Source: Octopus vulgaris
Lineage: Eukaryota
Direction: 5' to 3'
Assembly (NCBI GenBank): GCA_951406725.2
Contig: OX597818.1
Span: 4,216,001 to 4,280,000 of the forward strand
Length of the DNA: 64,000 nt
The translations under genes were made by a program, and so were the position numbers. Shown here piece after piece: positions 63,639 to 64,000 of the stretch (its first letter is position 1; every line of letters starts with the position of its first letter). Under the pieces are notes generated by a model, which was not told where the DNA came from, ran no database searches, and saw only the letters and a program-made list of their open reading frames with translations.

Positions 63639-64000
63639 GTGTTTCTTATGAATTCTGTCAAATGTGAGCTTTCTTTTCAGGTACATGACACTGCTGTCCC
63701 TCATCCCAGGGTCTCACAGGCCCACACCTCCCACGCCCACAGAGTTGGTACACTTAACGTTGGCACACTGAAAGGTAGGTCTGGTGAGATTGTTGAGATG
63801 CTTGAGCTTGTAGATTTGTGCTGCATCCAAGAAGTAAGGTGGAGAGGAGGTTCCGCTAGGTTCCTCACAGGCAAAGAACACAGGTACAAGATTTTCTGGG
63901 CAGGGAACACTGATGGGGTCAGGGGCGTGGGTATACTGAGGAGAAATGCGTTGATAAGGTAATCGAGGTCGTCAGAGTATATGACAGAGTACTTAAGATT
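63639..64000 (+). mobile_element. Start of an RTE-clade LINE ORF (APE endonuclease), running off the window
   Basis: RVGTLNVGTLKGRSGEIVEML...VDLCCIQEVRWRG...GVGIL. Confidence 0.88.

Overview
AT-rich, repeat-saturated animal genomic DNA. The SINE, LINE and microsatellite content most resembles an octopus or other coleoid cephalopod (inference). The only host coding sequence I can support is two minus-strand exons (12008-11861 and 4662-4521) of a HAD-IIA phosphatase (PGP/PDXP-like). I found no further exon, so most of the window is probably intron of that gene. The rest is nested mobile DNA: Penelope-like elements (one with an inverted pLTR, one Naiad-like GIY-YIG remnant), Tx1/L1-clade LINEs, five CR1/L2-group LINE copies each embedded in (TA)n arrays, RTE remnants, tRNA-derived SINEs, a decayed autonomous Helitron with non-autonomous relatives, a DD36E Tc1-like transposon, and 380-bp and ~160-bp tandem arrays. 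The main leads are: (1) a full-length Tx1-like LINE and a related ORF1-only element stacked at the same nucleotide of a Helitron, both with AG|GTAAGT-N-ATG at the ORF1 end; (2) about nine minimal hammerhead-ribozyme motifs in five contexts, including a tandem retrozyme-like repeat and two with greatly extended stem/loop II; (3) apparent (TA)n targeting by CR1-like LINEs whose covarying 3' hairpin is shared with a SINE. The many IYIYIY ORFs are microsatellite artefacts. All calls were made by eye, and repeat boundaries are approximate.
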